From NCBI GenBank assembly GCA_963753975.1, contig CAVWEH010000002.1, positions 96,001 to 160,000 of the forward strand: a stretch of DNA of 64,000 nucleotides, written 5' to 3'. This DNA comes from an uncultured delta proteobacterium. GTDB taxonomy: Bacteria; Desulfobacterota; Syntrophia; Syntrophales; Smithellaceae. Below are positions 62,274 through 64,000 of this stretch, piece after piece. The notes beneath the pieces are model-generated. The model was not told the DNA's origin. It did no database searches and saw only the letters and a list, made by a program, of their open reading frames with translations. A program made the position numbers and the translations under genes. Positions within the stretch are counted from its first letter, which is position 1. Each line of letters begins with the position of its first letter.

Positions 62274-63338
62274 CTAACTTAAAAAGCCGACCAGAGTCAT
62301 AGTTATAAAATAAAGAAGGTAGATCACAGCAATGACTGTGAAGATTGGGCTTTTCTCTCCTCTGTTTGATTTGCGGTCGATAAATGGAATGAGGAAGAAA
62401 AATAATATTCCGACCGAGACGCAGATAATAGCAATGGTCTCGCCATTGAAACCCCAAATGGTGCCGGGAAAGAGTTTGAGTGTTTCCAACATAAAGAGAA
62501 AATACCATTCGGGTTTGATGCCTTCCGGCGGCGCAGCCAGAGGATTTGCTTTCTTACCGATTTCCGGCGGCAGGAGAATTGCCAGCGTTACCACAATGCC
62601 CAGCACCACCAGCCAGATCATCATATCCTTGTAAAAAACATTGGGGAAGAAGGGTTCTCCTTTGTTTTCTTTCTTTTCCAGAGAAACGGGAATGCTCATG
62701 CCGTGATATTGCACAAAAAGCAGATGCAGGCCGATGAGCAACAGTGAAAATACCGGCAGAATGGCCACGTGGAAGGCGTAGAAGCGGGTGAGGGTATCGC
62801 CGGTTACATCTGTGCCTCCCCTTAAGAAAATTTTTATAAAACTCCCGAGGAACGGCAAAGCGCCCGCGCCTCCTGTAGCAACACGCACCGCGGCAAAAGC
62901 CCGTTCATCCCAGAGCATTAGATAGCCGCTGAGGCCAAAGAAAATGGAGATTACCAGCAGAATAAAACCGGTCACCCAGAGAAACTCCCGCGGCTTGCGG
63001 TAAGATTTAACGAGCAGTGTGCCAAAGAGATGAATAAAGACAAAAACAATACAGAGCTGTGCTCCCCAGTGATGAACAGCCCGGAAAAACCAGCCCATAT
63101 TGATTTTCGTGACGATATCGATGATGCTTTCATAAGCGAAGTCGATATGCGGAATATAATAAAAAGCCAAGAGCATTCCCGTTATAAATTGCAGAATAAA
63201 AAGGAAAAGCGTAATGCCTCCGGTATAATACAGGAAGTCATAACGATGTTGAGGGACAAGCTTGCTTTTGGCAAGTTTCTTCAACTCGGCAATATCATAG
63301 CGCTCCTCAATCCAATTTTTAAACTTTGGCCAGATCAA
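62274..63338 (-). CDS. Cytochrome b of a Rieske/cytb complex (b6 and subunit IV in one chain)
   Basis: GW..R..H.W, four heme His, PRE..W..G, GY...WD, PFFP, KPEWY. Confidence 0.95.
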   Translation of the reverse strand: MIWPKFKNWIEERYDIAELKKLAKSKLVPQHRYDFLYYTGGITLFLFILQFITGMLLAFYYIPHIDFAYESIIDIVTKINMGWFFRAVHHWGAQLCIVFVFIHLFGTLLVKSYRKPREFLWVTGFILLVISIFFGLSGYLMLWDERAFAAVRVATGGAGALPFLGSFIKIFLRGGTDVTGDTLTRFYAFHVAILPVFSLLLIGLHLLFVQYHGMSIPVSLEKKENKGEPFFPNVFYKDMMIWLVVLGIVVTLAILLPPEIGKKANPLAAPPEGIKPEWYFLFMLETLKLFPGTIWGFNGETIAIICVSVGILFFFLIPFIDRKSNRGEKSPIFTVIAVIYLLYFITMTLVGFLS

Positions 63339-63789
63339 CTTTAGCTCCCTTCCTGACTATAATCAGTTTTTCGCCTTTTTCCATTACTTCAAAAACCTGA
63401 AGCGGTTTGGGCGGTGGACCGGCAATGTTTTTGCCTGTGTCGTCAAACCAGCCCTGATGGCAGGCGCAGTAAAACTTCTTTTCCGCCGGCCGATAAGCCA
63501 CGTTGCATTCCATATGCGTGCAGACGCCTTTAAAAGCGGCAGTGCTTCCGTCTTCTCTTTTTAAAAAGATTCCCGGCACTCCACCCCAGGCAAATATTTT
63601 CGCTGAATTTTCGGGAATAGCGTCAAGATCTTTTTTGGCGAGCACTACAAAATCCGGCTCCTTGCCGAGGGTAGGGAAGGCAAATTTAAACAAGGGAAAA
63701 AGCGTAGCGGAAAAAAAAGCCACAAGCGAGCCGCCGAAAAGAGTATTGAGAAATTGTCTGCGTGTAATGAGGGAATATTTCAATTTCAT
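63319..63789 (-). CDS. Rieske 2Fe-2S protein
   Basis: TRRQFL Tat anchor, CTHMEC, CACH, GPPPKPL. Confidence 0.95.
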   Translation of the reverse strand: MKLKYSLITRRQFLNTLFGGSLVAFFSATLFPLFKFAFPTLGKEPDFVVLAKKDLDAIPENSAKIFAWGGVPGIFLKREDGSTAAFKGVCTHMECNVAYRPAEKKFYCACHQGWFDDTGKNIAGPPPKPLQVFEVMEKGEKLIIVRKGAKVDLAKV

Positions 63790-64000
63790 TTTTTTGCTTC
63801 CCTCCGTTCTTTTTTGAATTTATTTTTCAACAGTGTCTTGCGCAAGCCCACAATGCCGTCGGTAGGACGCACATCCTTCGGGCAGGCATCAATACAGCGA
63901 AATACAGTATCGCAACCCCAGACGCCTTTTTCATTATTGAAGATCTCCAGCGCCTGGGCCGATCTTTCATCACGGGAATCGGATGAAAAACGCTGTAATT
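63786..64000 (-). CDS. C-terminus of succinate dehydrogenase/fumarate reductase Fe-S subunit (5' end outside window)
   Basis: Manual translation: LQRFSSDSRDERSAQALEIFNNEKGVWGCDTVFRCIDACPKDVRPTDGIVGLRK...*; DSRD and CxxxxxCxxxCP motifs. Confidence 0.88.
   Translation of the reverse strand, partial: LQRFSSDSRDERSAQALEIFNNEKGVWGCDTVFRCIDACPKDVRPTDGIVGLRKTLLKNKFKKERREAKK

Overview
Mostly core chromosome of a low-GC anaerobic deltaproteobacterium, resembling Syntrophales/Smithella (inferred from gene content). It carries mutL-miaA, valS, nadC, ndk, birA-coaX-coaE, a split F0 ATP synthase locus, dispersed nucleotide-sugar genes, hemL/ahbB, a four-subunit 2-oxoacid:ferredoxin oxidoreductase, ribD, a pilD plus minor-pilin/PilY1 cluster behind a c-di-GMP-I riboswitch and a sigma54 promoter, argS, the ffh-rpsP-rimM-trmD-rplS-rnhB block, acyl-CoA ligase and an accessory tail. 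Four observations stand out. (1) At the right edge an SdhB/FrdB-type Fe-S gene is translationally coupled to a low-potential Rieske protein, a cytochrome b and a CcmD-like protein, converging on a Tat-exported superoxide-reductase-like gene. (2) A family of modular palindromic intergenic repeats appears to have inserted into one another. (3) A ~380-nt strongly self-complementary leader precedes the acyl-CoA ligase. (4) There are unannotated remnants (cam, mobA, a CcmD-like paralog) and two in-frame TAG codons. All frameshifts in otherwise intact genes are +1, so they are probably sequencing errors. No tRNA, rRNA, CRISPR array or transposase was seen.
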